A stretch of DNA of 63,918 nt, filler included, from Acidimicrobiia bacterium (GCA_046759765.1; 7 parts of 7 records of this genome joined end to end with filler, not necessarily neighbours in it), one strand, 5' to 3'; positions 19,505-28,515 are shown, counted from the whole stretch's first letter. Translations and numbers: made by a program. Notes: a model not told the origin generated them from the sequence alone.

Positions 19505-20392
19505 ATGACGCCGGCCATCACCTATAGCCCCATACCCATCCTTGAGCTCGGGCCGCTCAATCTCTCACTGCACGGCGTGGCCGCCGCGGTGGGCTTCGCC
19601 TTAGGGTCGGTGTTAATGATCAGGGAGGTCAGGCGGCGGGGCTTCTCGGCGGAGCAGTATTGGTCTGTGCTGGCGTGGGCGCTGGTCGGGGCGATACTAG
19701 GAGCCCGGCTGTTAACCACCCCTGCGCACCTCGGCGATGCCGGCTTCGACCTGGCTGCCGCAATTAGCCCCAGCGGTTCATACTCGATTCTCGGAGGGTT
19801 CACGGGCGGAGTCCTGGGTGGTTGGCTGAGGGTCAGGATGCTCAAGCTCGACATCTGGGTATCGCTGGATATGGCCGCTCCCGGCATGGCACTCGGCACA
19901 GTGATCGGCCGGCTCGGCGATCTGGCAATCGTCGAGCACCTTGGTCGCAGCACCAACTTCTTCTTGGGTTTCACCATCCAGCCCGGCCACGACGTCGCTC
20001 CTCAGCATGACGTCTTGGAGTGCACTGTGGCCGAAGCCGTAGACGGAGTCTGCGGCACCTATCACCATACTGCTCTCTACGACATGCTCGGTGCAATCGC
20101 TCTGCTTATCTTTCTGCTTTGGATCAGACGAGCGTGGACCTCACTGCACTACGGCCAGGTCTTCGCTGTTTGGATGCTCTGGTACGGCACCCAGCGGTTC
20201 TTCATCGACTTTGCCCGCATCGGGGTCGCCAACGCGGACCGGATGGCGGGCGGCCTGACCTGGTCTCAGTGGGCGGCCCTGGCGGCAGCTCTAGGCGGGA
20301 TCGGTCTCTATTACTGGCTCCGGCGCAAGCCGCTTGTGTCGCCCGAAGAGGATCAAGCGCGGGGAGCCAAGGCGCTTACGGCCGACAGCTGA
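19505..20392 (+). CDS. lgt: Prolipoprotein diacylglyceryl transferase
   Basis: GAILGARL, SILGGF, IGRLGD, HHTALYD, RFFIDFAR. Confidence 0.85.
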   Translation: MTPAITYSPIPILELGPLNLSLHGVAAAVGFALGSVLMIREVRRRGFSAEQYWSVLAWALVGAILGARLLTTPAHLGDAGFDLAAAISPSGSYSILGGFTGGVLGGWLRVRMLKLDIWVSLDMAAPGMALGTVIGRLGDLAIVEHLGRSTNFFLGFTIQPGHDVAPQHDVLECTVAEAVDGVCGTYHHTALYDMLGAIALLIFLLWIRRAWTSLHYGQVFAVWMLWYGTQRFFIDFARIGVANADRMAGGLTWSQWAALAAALGGIGLYYWLRRKPLVSPEEDQARGAKALTADS

Positions 20393-20410
20393 AACTGATA
20401 AGTTCGGCCG

Positions 20411-21451
20411 ATGGACACGGCGCCGATCCGCTCCGAGGAGCGCTTCGACGAGTCCCGGGTCGCTGATTACCTCCGCCACAGCCTTCCCGACCTCGTCGGC
20501 AAGCACGAGATCAGCTTCGAGCAGTTTCCGGGAGGGCACGCCAACCTGACCTACCTCGCCCGGGCCGGCGACGTCGAACTGGTACTTCGGAGGCCACCGC
20601 TCGGGCCCGTGGCACCGAAGAGCCACGACATGGTCCGGGAGCACAAGGTCCTGTCGCGACTGCACCAGGCCTTCCCGGAAGCTCCCCGCGCTCTACTTCT
20701 CTGCACCGACGAGTCGATCATGGGCAAGCCCTTCTTCGTAATGGACCGCCACCGGGGCTTCGTGATCCGGGAGTCGTGGCCCGAGGGCCTAGCCGACACG
20801 TCCGCAGTGCGGAGGCAGCTCGCCGACACCTTCATCGGCGCTCTGATCCGTCTCCATCAAGTTGACTACGAGGCGCTCGAGCTCTCCGATCTGGGGCACC
20901 CGGACGGCTTCGTCGAAAGACAGGTAGCGGGCTGGACGAGCCGATGGGACCGCGCCAAGACCCGTGACCTCGAGGACATGAATGCCCTTAGTAGCAAGCT
21001 GTCGTCCAATCTGCCGGCGCCGCCCGCGGCGACCCTGCTCCACAACGACTTCAAGCTTGACAATGCCATGGTGGACGAGACGGGAAACGTCGTCGCAATC
21101 TTCGATTGGGATATGGCCACGCTGGGCGATCCCTTGATCGATCTGGCCACGGCCCTGGCCTATTGGTCAGAGCCAGACGATCCTCCCGAGCGCATCTTTG
21201 GTCCGACACCCATGCATCAGGGAGGCTTTCCGTCGCGGGCGGAGTTCCTGGATCGATACTCCGAAGGCACCGGCTTCGATCTGGGGTCACTTGCCTGGTA
21301 CGAGGCGTTCGCGTTCTACAAGGTGGCTGTGATCTGTGAGCAGATCTATGCGAGGTTCAAGGCCGGTCAGACCGGGGACGAGCGCTTTGAATCCTTTGGC
21401 GAAAAGACTGAACGCCTGGCAGCCGCCGGCCTAGAGCTTGCGAACTCTTAG
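20411..21451 (+). CDS. Phosphotransferase (APH/ACAD10-N-like) family protein
   Basis: QFPGGHANLTY, LVLRRPP, HDMVREH, LHNDFKLDN, IFDWDMATLGDP. Confidence 0.9.
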   Translation: MDTAPIRSEERFDESRVADYLRHSLPDLVGKHEISFEQFPGGHANLTYLARAGDVELVLRRPPLGPVAPKSHDMVREHKVLSRLHQAFPEAPRALLLCTDESIMGKPFFVMDRHRGFVIRESWPEGLADTSAVRRQLADTFIGALIRLHQVDYEALELSDLGHPDGFVERQVAGWTSRWDRAKTRDLEDMNALSSKLSSNLPAPPAATLLHNDFKLDNAMVDETGNVVAIFDWDMATLGDPLIDLATALAYWSEPDDPPERIFGPTPMHQGGFPSRAEFLDRYSEGTGFDLGSLAWYEAFAFYKVAVICEQIYARFKAGQTGDERFESFGEKTERLAAAGLELANS

Positions 21452-22186
21452 ACAGGAGGGCGGCTGAGGTCGCTCGGCTCGGATGATGGCGGCGTGCATC
21501 CCGTCCTCGACCTGCTGAGTTAGCTGAACAGAGACGTTCAACAAGCCCGTGTCTCTGAGCGACTCGCAATACTCACTGATAGACAGTGCACCGGCGGTGC
21601 ATTCCGCCCATGAGCCCCGCTCGGCTCGATCGGCCGGGGTCAGATGGTCCTCCGCCACTACGTCGCTGATGGCCAGCCGACCTCCCGGTCTAAGCACCCG
21701 GGCGATCTCTGAGAAGACTTTGGGCTTCTCCGGTGAGAGGTTGATGACGCAGTTCGAGATCACAACGTCGACGGTCGCGTCCGGCAGCGGAATCTGCTCG
21801 ATGTTGCCTTCGAGGAATTCGACGTTGTCGACCCCAGCCTCCGCGGCGTTCCTGCGAGCCAGGTCCAGCATCTCTCGGGTCATGTCCAGTCCATAGGCCT
21901 TGCCGGACAGTCCCACTCGCCGGGCCGAGAGCAGCACGTCGATGCCGCCCCCGGAGCCGAGATCCAGCACGGTCTCTCCCGGGGAGAGCTCGGCCATGAG
22001 AACCGGATTGCCGCAGCCGAGACTGGCCGAAACCGCAGCTTCCGGAAGCTCCGCCAGGTCGCCATCGTCGTAGCGGGTGGAGCCGAAGCAATCGTCGTCG
22101 GTGCAACACAAGCTGCCGGTCTTCACCTCCTGGGCGGCGCGGGCGTAGCGGTCCCGCACGTCTTCTCTGATCTGATGAGTGGTCAT
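21431..22186 (-). CDS. arsM: Arsenite methyltransferase
   Basis: SLGCGNP, VLDLGSGGGID, ISNCVINL, WAECTAGA; coupled to ArsR gene. Confidence 0.88.
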   Translation of the reverse strand: MTTHQIREDVRDRYARAAQEVKTGSLCCTDDDCFGSTRYDDGDLAELPEAAVSASLGCGNPVLMAELSPGETVLDLGSGGGIDVLLSARRVGLSGKAYGLDMTREMLDLARRNAAEAGVDNVEFLEGNIEQIPLPDATVDVVISNCVINLSPEKPKVFSEIARVLRPGGRLAISDVVAEDHLTPADRAERGSWAECTAGALSISEYCESLRDTGLLNVSVQLTQQVEDGMHAAIIRAERPQPPSCLRVRKL

Positions 22187-22512
22187 GCCCCTATCACCTC
22201 CACGAACTCGGATGGGACGGCTCCGCCCACGATGAGCTGGGCCGCCGAGGGAAAACACTCGAAGCAGAGGTCGTTGAACCGGTAGTAGCTGGCCGTGCCG
22301 ATGTGGTCTACGAGCACGAATCGCACCTCGCCGAGCTTCTTGAGGTGATGCGAAACAGTCGACTGGCCGACGTCGACGGCCTCAGTTATCTCCCCGACGG
22401 TGAGCGGGCGGCCGGAGATGGCGAGCAGGTGAAGGATGAGTATCCGCGTGGGATCGGAGATGGCCTGAAACCAGTCGGCCCACTCCTCTGCGTCGCCGCG
22501 CTGAACATTCAT
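22183..22512 (-). CDS. ArsR/SmtB family transcriptional regulator
   Basis: FQAISDPTRILIL, VGQSTVSHHLKKL, C-terminal CFEC. Confidence 0.9.
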   Translation of the reverse strand: MNVQRGDAEEWADWFQAISDPTRILILHLLAISGRPLTVGEITEAVDVGQSTVSHHLKKLGEVRFVLVDHIGTASYYRFNDLCFECFPSAAQLIVGGAVPSEFVEVIGA

Positions 22513-22550
22513 CGATAATCGACGATAATCGATTAATAGCGATACGTCAA
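22513..22550 (-). promoter_or_regulatory. Probable sigma70-type promoter/operator of arsR
   Basis: TTGACG (22550-22545), 17-bp spacer, TATCGT (22527-22522); overlapping ATCGAT-type repeats; near-leaderless start. Confidence 0.6.
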
Positions 22551-22559
22551 CAGCAGAAA

Positions 22560-22889
22560 TGAGCTCGACCCAACCCGCTCGCGATCACCCGCAACGACTC
22601 GCCGCGAGCCACACTCCGAGAGATCTCCTCTCGCTCATGCAGCCGACAAATGCCGCAGCGACCTTCTCCGCGGTGCCGGACGCACCCCACCAGCATCCTC
22701 GAACAGCCTCCGAATCGACGACGGGTTCCTCCCCAGCCGACGAGCTATCGATCGGGTCGGCTCGCCGGCCTCCCGTCGCTCCCAAACCTCCCAAACCTCG
22801 GCCTCTGTGAACCTTCTCGACACGCCACACCTCCCAACGAGACGACACAACTCTCGCCAAAGGTGTTGCGTTCACGCCTTGAGGCGGCA
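22560..22889 (-). mobile_element. IS30-family left-end remnant with frameshifted, truncated transposase (GTG at 22823)
   Basis: IR TGCCGCCTCAAGGCGTGAACGCAACA (22889-22864); VSRRFTEAEV...IARRLGRNPSSI...GGVRPAPRRRSLRHLS then, after a frameshift, EREEISRSVARGESLRVIASGLGRA. Confidence 0.85.
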
Positions 22890-22904
22890 GCACATATGCG
22901 CTAT
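22890..22904 (+). repeat. Right half of dif-like site abutting IS30 end
   Basis: GCAC-ATATGCGCTAT. Confidence 0.85.
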
Positions 22905-22917
22905 CTGCGGCGAACGG

Positions 22918-23604
22918 CTAAGGAGTTGGGCTCTCGGCTGTCAGCATGTAGAAGCGATCCCCCCGATGGTCCATCGAGGTCCGCCAGCCGCGGTCTTGGA
23001 AGATCGCAGCGACGCTGGCGGGATCGTGACTCACTTTGACAAGCCGATACCTCCGGCCGTCACTCACCGTCCGGTGAGACACCCAGGGATCCTCATCATC
23101 CGCACCAACGGAAAGGCCCGGATCATCGAACTGGTGCTCATCTACCAAGACAACCGAACCGCCAGGCCGGCAAAGGCTATCTACCTGGTCAACGAACCCC
23201 GGTATCAGATCAGGGGGGACATGGGACAGCCAAAAAGACGAGAAGACAACGTCATGACGACGGTCAGACTTCCACTCGAAGAGATCGGCCACCACGTACG
23301 AGACGTTTTCGCCTCCAAGTCGCTGACGGGCCAACTCCAGAGCTTCTCCTGAGGCGTCCACCAGTGTCACCGAGTTGGCTGTGTCCCTCAGCAGCTCGGT
23401 CCAGAGACCGGTGCCAGCTGCTAGATCGACGACATCACCTGTCAGGGTCTTTCCACCAACCTTGGCCCTCAGCTGCTGCCACTCAGCGGCGTCGGGATCG
23501 GATAGATCTGGCACCATGCCTGCGTCGTACTCGGGCGCTCTGGCCTCGAAGTACGCAATCTGCTCCTGCAGCAACCGTTCCTGCCGATCCCCAGCCTCGC
23601 CCAT
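22918..23604 (-). CDS. Class I SAM-dependent methyltransferase
   Basis: QIAYFEARAPEYD, VVDLAAGTGLWT, DVVFSSFWLSHVP. Confidence 0.9.
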   Translation of the reverse strand: MGEAGDRQERLLQEQIAYFEARAPEYDAGMVPDLSDPDAAEWQQLRAKVGGKTLTGDVVDLAAGTGLWTELLRDTANSVTLVDASGEALELARQRLGGENVSYVVADLFEWKSDRRHDVVFSSFWLSHVPPDLIPGFVDQVDSLCRPGGSVVLVDEHQFDDPGLSVGADDEDPWVSHRTVSDGRRYRLVKVSHDPASVAAIFQDRGWRTSMDHRGDRFYMLTAESPTP

Positions 23605-23655
23605 GAGAGCAGGCTAGATAAGCCGCCACCAGCCGAGCAGAGGGCCACTCACCCA

Positions 23656-23683
23656 TCCGCCCATATCGGCACATATGCGCTAC
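23656..23683 (+). repeat. 28-bp dif-like site (intact)
   Basis: TCCGCCCATAT-CGGCAC-ATATGCGCTAC. Confidence 0.9.
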
Positions 23684-23729
23684 CGGAGCCGGGCTGGGAT
23701 CGGGTCTGGGGGTCGGCGCGTCTGGGCGG

Positions 23730-24323
23730 TTATGTAAGCGCGGCGCAGACTTCTGACCAGTCCGCGACCCGGAGGGCGTTAGGTGGCAGTGGCTGAGTCT
23801 GGTTCCAAGGGTACCGACCGAAGAGCAGCGCGCGGAGGCCCTCCTCCGCCGCTCCAGTGAGGTGGGCGACTTGGTCGTCAACCAAGACTCCGGCCCTGAT
23901 CTGTCGGCAGACGCTCGCCTTGGTCACGGGCCTTTCTCCTCGCTCGGAGTGTCCGACCCCGAGAATCACTGGATCGAATACCCCTGCGAAGTACTTCTCG
24001 ATCCACGCTTCCGTAACAGCGGCGAAGTCCGGATCTCTGGCGCTCACCACCGCCAGCTGGTACTTCGCTTGTAGACCCTCCAGGCATTCAACGGCCCCAG
24101 GGATGGGTTTAAGGCCGAGAACGTCTACCTCCCGGAAGAACAGTGCCAACCGCTCGATCGCCTCTTCCTTAGTGCCGCCCCACGCCTCGAATAAGTACTT
24201 CGCCGTAGCAAGATCCTCAGGGGTGAGATCAGTCCCGTATCGACGGTTATGCCACTCGAAGAAGGGCGTGACGAAGTCAAACAACACATCATCGAGATCG
24301 AAAACTACGGTGATCCGCTCCAT
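23730..24323 (-). CDS. HAD superfamily 5'(3')-nucleotidase-like protein
   Basis: VVFDLDDVL, VVSAR, KASVC, VLVDD, PWN motifs. Confidence 0.85.
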   Translation of the reverse strand: MERITVVFDLDDVLFDFVTPFFEWHNRRYGTDLTPEDLATAKYLFEAWGGTKEEAIERLALFFREVDVLGLKPIPGAVECLEGLQAKYQLAVVSARDPDFAAVTEAWIEKYFAGVFDPVILGVGHSERGERPVTKASVCRQIRAGVLVDDQVAHLTGAAEEGLRALLFGRYPWNQTQPLPPNALRVADWSEVCAALT

Positions 24324-24520
24324 ACCTGGCACGGGTTTCCTTCGCCGTGGACGAACCTTCCAAGAGGAACCGGCTCGGGTTGGTTATACCCACCAACTCG
24401 ATGCCGCCACCCACTCAGATCACTGCAACCGCACCAAATATGGGTGATATCACTCGGCGGCAACAGTTCACGATACCGGCACATCGCAGGCGGCCAGGCG
24501 AGAACCTCGGGTGAGTGCAG

Positions 24521-24548
24521 ACAGCGCATATCGGCACATATGCGCTAC
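24521..24548 (+). repeat. 28-bp dif-like site (intact; 9-bp perfect inverted arms)
   Basis: ACAGCGCATAT-CGGCAC-ATATGCGCTAC. Confidence 0.9.
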
Positions 24549-24660
24549 TGATCTATGCGCAGCGGGGGGAGTGGCCAGCGCTATTGCATCTCTGAGGGCG
24601 CAGGTGCATGCTGGTCAGATCTGTCGAGTGGCGCCTCTGTCACGGTGAGGTGAGGAGCCG

Positions 24661-25119
24661 ATGCCTGACCTGTCCGTTCATATCGACCGCCCGCTGGAAG
24701 ATGTGTTCGCCTTCGTTATGGATATTCCCAGAACGCCTCTATGGCGGCCGCGGATTGTGGAAGCGGAATGGCTGGACAGCGGCGAAACCCGAGTAGGACG
24801 CCGGATAAATCTCGTCAGCAAGGTGATGGGTATCAGGTCCAGGTTCGTGTTGGAGATCACCAGGTGGGAGCCACCGCGGCGTTTCGCCTACGGCGTGGCT
24901 GAAGGCCGAGATCTGGGGCAGGTCGAGGACCGTTGGGACCCGGAGAACGGCGGTTGCCGGTTCACGATCGCGCTCGGGCAGGCCGCCCCGAACTTTCGTG
25001 GGGCCAAGTTGCTTATGCCATTGGGGAAGATGGTCTTGTTGAAAGAGAACTACGAGGACCTGGAACGGCTCAAGCGGATCATGGAGAGCGGAGCCGACCG
25101 GGATCAAAAAGCCGTGTGA
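24661..25119 (+). CDS. SRPBCC family protein
   Basis: IDRPLEDVFAFVMD...ITRWEPPRRFAY...DLERLKRIME; GAGGAG RBS. Confidence 0.85.
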   Translation: MPDLSVHIDRPLEDVFAFVMDIPRTPLWRPRIVEAEWLDSGETRVGRRINLVSKVMGIRSRFVLEITRWEPPRRFAYGVAEGRDLGQVEDRWDPENGGCRFTIALGQAAPNFRGAKLLMPLGKMVLLKENYEDLERLKRIMESGADRDQKAV

Positions 25120-25144
25120 GGGCCTTCGCGCCTAAACACTGAGC

Positions 25145-25172
25145 ACGGCCCGTATCGGTACCTATGAGCTAG
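25145..25172 (+). repeat. 28-bp dif-like site (degenerate)
   Basis: ACGGCCCGTAT-CGGTAC-CTATGAGCTAG. Confidence 0.75.
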
Positions 25173-25229
25173 GCGATCTGTCTAGAGCCAACCGCGGCTA
25201 GTTGATCATTCACGTAATGTCGCGGTCCG

Positions 25230-25697
25230 GTGATCCGCGAGCAGCCCCAGTTCGGCATCGTGATCCACCGTCCTGTTCAGGACGTTTATGACTTCGTGAT
25301 GGATCTGCCGAAGACGCCGCTTTGGCGACCGCGAATGTCGGACGTGGCTTGGGTGGGCGAGGGCGAGCCGGGCATCGGAAGCAGATTCCGAGTGACGGCG
25401 AGAGCACTCGGTTACAGCTTCAGATTCAGTTTCGAGGTCACAGAATGGGAACCGCCCGTCTGGTTTGCTTACCGTCAGGACCGAGGGCCGATCACGATGC
25501 ACTCGGGCATGCAATGGGTACCTGAGAACGACGGATGCCGGTTCCTCATCGGCGGAAACCCACAAGCCGGGAACTTCCTCGTCAAGCTCGCAGAGCCGCT
25601 TCTGTGGGCGACACTCATCAAGCAGAACGCCGCGGACCTCGTTCGACTTAAAGAAATCATGGAAAGCGGAGCCGCCAAGAATCACGAAGCCCGCTGA
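25230..25697 (+). CDS. SRPBCC family protein (paralog of upstream gene)
   Basis: IHRPVQDVYDFVMDLPKTPLWRPR...VTEWEPP...DLVRLKEIMESGA. Confidence 0.85.
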   Translation: MIREQPQFGIVIHRPVQDVYDFVMDLPKTPLWRPRMSDVAWVGEGEPGIGSRFRVTARALGYSFRFSFEVTEWEPPVWFAYRQDRGPITMHSGMQWVPENDGCRFLIGGNPQAGNFLVKLAEPLLWATLIKQNAADLVRLKEIMESGAAKNHEAR

Positions 25698-25721
25698 GAA
25701 CCTGCGCTCAGGAGTCTGCCA

Positions 25722-25752
25722 ACCGCCCATATCGGCTGCACATATGCGCTAG
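25722..25752 (+). repeat. dif-like site with 9-bp expanded spacer
   Basis: ACCGCCCATAT-CGGC-T-GCAC-ATATGCGCTAG. Confidence 0.9.
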
Positions 25753-25808
25753 CCACTCGGTTCAGCTGACAGTGTGGTGGCTTCTATGGAGACTATCGGT
25801 AAGCACAG

Positions 25809-25976
25809 TCACGGCAACCCGATTACGGCGCCGACGAGCATCAAGGCGAACCCCCCGCCGACAAACGCGGCTGTGCTCTGTCGGGATGTGATGCCCAGAG
25901 GCCGAATAGGGCGGGTCAGGCCCACGATGCCAACGATGAATCCGACCAGTCCCAACGGGATCAGCACTACGCCCAT
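25809..25976 (-). CDS. 55-aa two-TM small membrane protein
   Basis: MGVVLIPLGLVGFIVGIVGL...FALMLVGAVIGLP; AAGGGAG RBS; fills module between two sites. Confidence 0.6.
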   Translation of the reverse strand: MGVVLIPLGLVGFIVGIVGLTRPIRPLGITSRQSTAAFVGGGFALMLVGAVIGLP

Positions 25977-26093
25977 CGGCTCTCCCTTCGGAGCCACGCT
26001 AGCTGGAGGGTCCACGCCCGGAGCCGGTAGACGCTCGCTAGCCGAGAGTGTTCGCCAGTGGAAACACAAGCGGGTGGTCGATCCTCCTTCTGA

Positions 26094-26125
26094 GCCGCCG
26101 ATATCGGCATCCACATATGCGCCGT
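26094..26125 (+). repeat. dif-like site with 10-bp expanded spacer
   Basis: GCCGCCGATAT-CGGCATCCAC-ATATGCGCCGT. Confidence 0.8.
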
Positions 26126-26130
26126 CCAAG

Positions 26131-26158
26131 GCCGCTCATATTGCCGAGTATGGGAGGG
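26131..26158 (-). repeat. Inverted variant dif-like site
   Basis: Minus strand CCCTCCCATAC-TCGGCA-ATATGAGCGGC. Confidence 0.55.
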
Positions 26159-26294
26159 CTGCTCACTGGTTGCAAAGCGTTGCTATGAGCGGCCAACCCC
26201 AAACTTTGGGGTTCTGAGCTTGTTCGGATCGGAATCACCTCATAGCAGGCTGGATAGGGTTGAAGCGAAGGCATCGCTGTGACCTGTGCCACCT

Positions 26295-27341
26295 ATGGAA
26301 GGGGGAGGGTTGCGCTTGCTGGGAGGCTGGCTTCTTTCCGTTGCTCTGGTAGTGGCGGCCTGTGGCACAGCAGCTGGCCCACCTTCTTCTGAGGCGATCA
26401 GCTGGTCTCGGGTCCCCCACGACGAGGCGATATTCGGCGGAGCGGGTGTCCAGCGGATGGCGAGCGTGACCGCCGGGGGGCCGGGTCTGGTGGCAGTCGG
26501 ATCGGTGGGGCCGGTCGACGATGCCGATGCAGCGGTGTGGACTTCTCTTGATGGGCTCAACTGGTCCCGGGTCACCCACGACGAGGCGGCTTTGGGCGGA
26601 GAGCGTAGCCAGCGGATGACGAGCGTGACGGTGGGAGGCCCGGGCCTGGTGGCGGTCGGATGGGACCGGTCCGGCGGCGATCAGGATGCTGCGGTATGGA
26701 CTTCTCCTGATGGGATCGCCTGGTTTCGGATCCCCCACGACGAGGCGGCTTTGGGCGGAGAGGGTAGCCAGCGGTTGGCGAGCGTGACTTCCGGGGGCCC
26801 GGGCCTGGTGGCAGTCGGATCGGACCGGTCGGGCGGCGATGTCGACGCGGCGGTGTGGACCTCACCTGTTGGGATCGTATGGTCCCGCGTCCCTCACAGC
26901 GAGGCCGTTTTCGGAGGAGAGGACAGCCAGGATATGAGAGGGGTAACCGCCGGAGGCGAGGAGCTGGTGGCAGTCGGATCGGACCGGTCGGGCGGCGATC
27001 AGGATGCTGCGGTGTGGACTTCTCCGGATGGGATCACCTGGTCCCGGGTCCCCCACGACGAGGCGGTCTTCGGCGGAGAGGGTTTCGAGTTCATAGTGAG
27101 CGTGACTTCCGGGGGCCCGGGTCTGGTGGCAGTCGGACGGGACGGGCTCGGCGATGCCGATGCTGCGGTGTGGACCTCTCCCGATGGGCTCACCTGGTCC
27201 CGTGTCCCCCACGACGAGGCGGTCTTCGGCGGAGTGGGTCGTCATGGGATGCGCAGCGTGACCGCCGGGGGCCCAGGTCTGGTGGCAGTTGGAGAGGAGG
27301 GCAGTCGTGGTGCGGTATGGGTGATGGCTAGGGAAGATTGA
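26295..27341 (+). CDS. Lipoprotein with ~60-aa repeats (Asp-box/beta-propeller-like); exact start uncertain
   Basis: Lipobox VVAAC; about five repeats of WSRVPHDEAVFGG...SVTAGGPGLVAVG...DAAVWTSPDG. Confidence 0.85.
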   Translation: MEGGGLRLLGGWLLSVALVVAACGTAAGPPSSEAISWSRVPHDEAIFGGAGVQRMASVTAGGPGLVAVGSVGPVDDADAAVWTSLDGLNWSRVTHDEAALGGERSQRMTSVTVGGPGLVAVGWDRSGGDQDAAVWTSPDGIAWFRIPHDEAALGGEGSQRLASVTSGGPGLVAVGSDRSGGDVDAAVWTSPVGIVWSRVPHSEAVFGGEDSQDMRGVTAGGEELVAVGSDRSGGDQDAAVWTSPDGITWSRVPHDEAVFGGEGFEFIVSVTSGGPGLVAVGRDGLGDADAAVWTSPDGLTWSRVPHDEAVFGGVGRHGMRSVTAGGPGLVAVGEEGSRGAVWVMARED

Positions 27342-27464
27342 CAAGGGCGTATTTACTGGCGGACCCCCGCACCAGTCGACTGGCCGAGCCGGGGTCACAC
27401 TATGGGGAAGTGCGGGCTCGAACACTCATACATGCGCTCACAATCAGGCCCAGCGCGGTCACCA

Positions 27465-27495
27465 TCCGCCCATATCGGCAGCACATATGCGCTAG
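27465..27495 (+). repeat. dif-like site with 9-bp expanded spacer
   Basis: TCCGCCCATAT-CGGC-A-GCAC-ATATGCGCTAG. Confidence 0.9.
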
Positions 27496-27511
27496 GTCGG
27501 GAGCCTGTTAC

Positions 27512-27664
27512 TCAACCTCCGGGCGCTGTCTCGACCCGCACCCCGGCTGCGATCATCTTCTCCACTATTTGAGCGATGAGTTCCTCGGCGTCAAGGAAAG
27601 CGAGGCCGTATTCGCCGTCAGGCTCAAAGGGGCAAATAACCACTCCTCGGCGACTTCTCGCCAC
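27512..27664 (-). CDS. 50-aa hypothetical protein
   Basis: Hand-translated VARSRRGVVICPFEPDGEYGLAFLDAEELIAQIVEKMIAAGVRVETAPGG; AGGAGG upstream. Confidence 0.4.
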   Translation of the reverse strand: MARSRRGVVICPFEPDGEYGLAFLDAEELIAQIVEKMIAAGVRVETAPGG

Positions 27665-27704
27665 TCTCGGTCGACCTCCTAGTTACCGGGCCTGTCTGCT
27701 CAGA

Positions 27705-27917
<213 letters not shown>

Positions 27918-27942
27918 TCAGTGATCGGTTCGGGCGCTAGTA

Positions 27943-27970
27943 GCCGCTCATGCTGCCGTTAATGGGCGGG
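27943..27970 (-). repeat. Inverted variant dif-like site
   Basis: Minus strand CCCGCCCATTA-ACGGCA-GCATGAGCGGC; 22/28 identical to 26131-26158. Confidence 0.55.
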
Positions 27971-28062
27971 TGAATCGTAAGGTCCACTGGTGACGTTGAG
28001 CCTCATAAGTCGGTTTCGATTCCGAGTTCGGTGAAGATGCGGCGTCGCTGTTCCGTGTAGTC

Positions 28063-28162
28063 NNNNNNNNNNNNNNNNNNNNNNNNNNNNNNNNNNNNNN
28101 NNNNNNTTAATTAATTAANNNNNNNNNNNNNNNNNNNNNNNNNNNNNNNNNNNNNNNNNNNN
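28063..28162. other. Artificial contig linker
   Basis: N/TTAATTAATTAA/N. Confidence 0.99.
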
Positions 28163-28515
28163 ATCGCCGGGTCGTACTGCGTGTCCTTGATGACCAGCTC
28201 GACCTGACGCCCATCGGCTATGCCACCTTCTGCGTTGACCTTGTCCCAGAAGGCAATACTGGCGTTGACGATCGGCGCCACGAGCACGTCAAAGACACCC
28301 GACGACTGGTCGGCGAGCAGGCCGACCTTGATCGTGGTGTCGTCCACGCCGATGTCCGTTAGCAGCTCTGCCGCCGGTGGCTCGGTGGCGGGCGGCTGCG
28401 TCGCCGGCGGCTGCGTGGCAGGGGGCTGCGTCGTCGTTTCTGCCTCCCCGCCGCAGGCGGCGGCGACTACCGCTAGGCCGATCAAAGCAGGCAGCCACTT
28501 ACGTTTGGATCTCAC
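28163..28515 (-). CDS. ABC transporter substrate-binding lipoprotein, LivJ-like (3'-truncated)
   Basis: VAAACGG lipobox, GVDDTTIKVG, VNAEGGI..GRQVELVIKDTQYDP; AAGGAGG RBS. Confidence 0.85.

Noticed and set aside
24466..24493. Extra site GTTCACGATAC-CGGCAC-ATCGCAGG (and a similar string near 27880)
   Set aside because: Spacer matches but arms are too degenerate to distinguish from chance.
22890..27495. CRISPR array or integron interpretation of the 28-bp repeats
   Set aside because: Intervals are 0.3-1.3 kb and hold whole genes; no cas or intI genes; no attC-type long hairpins with RYYYAAC/GTTRRRY ends.
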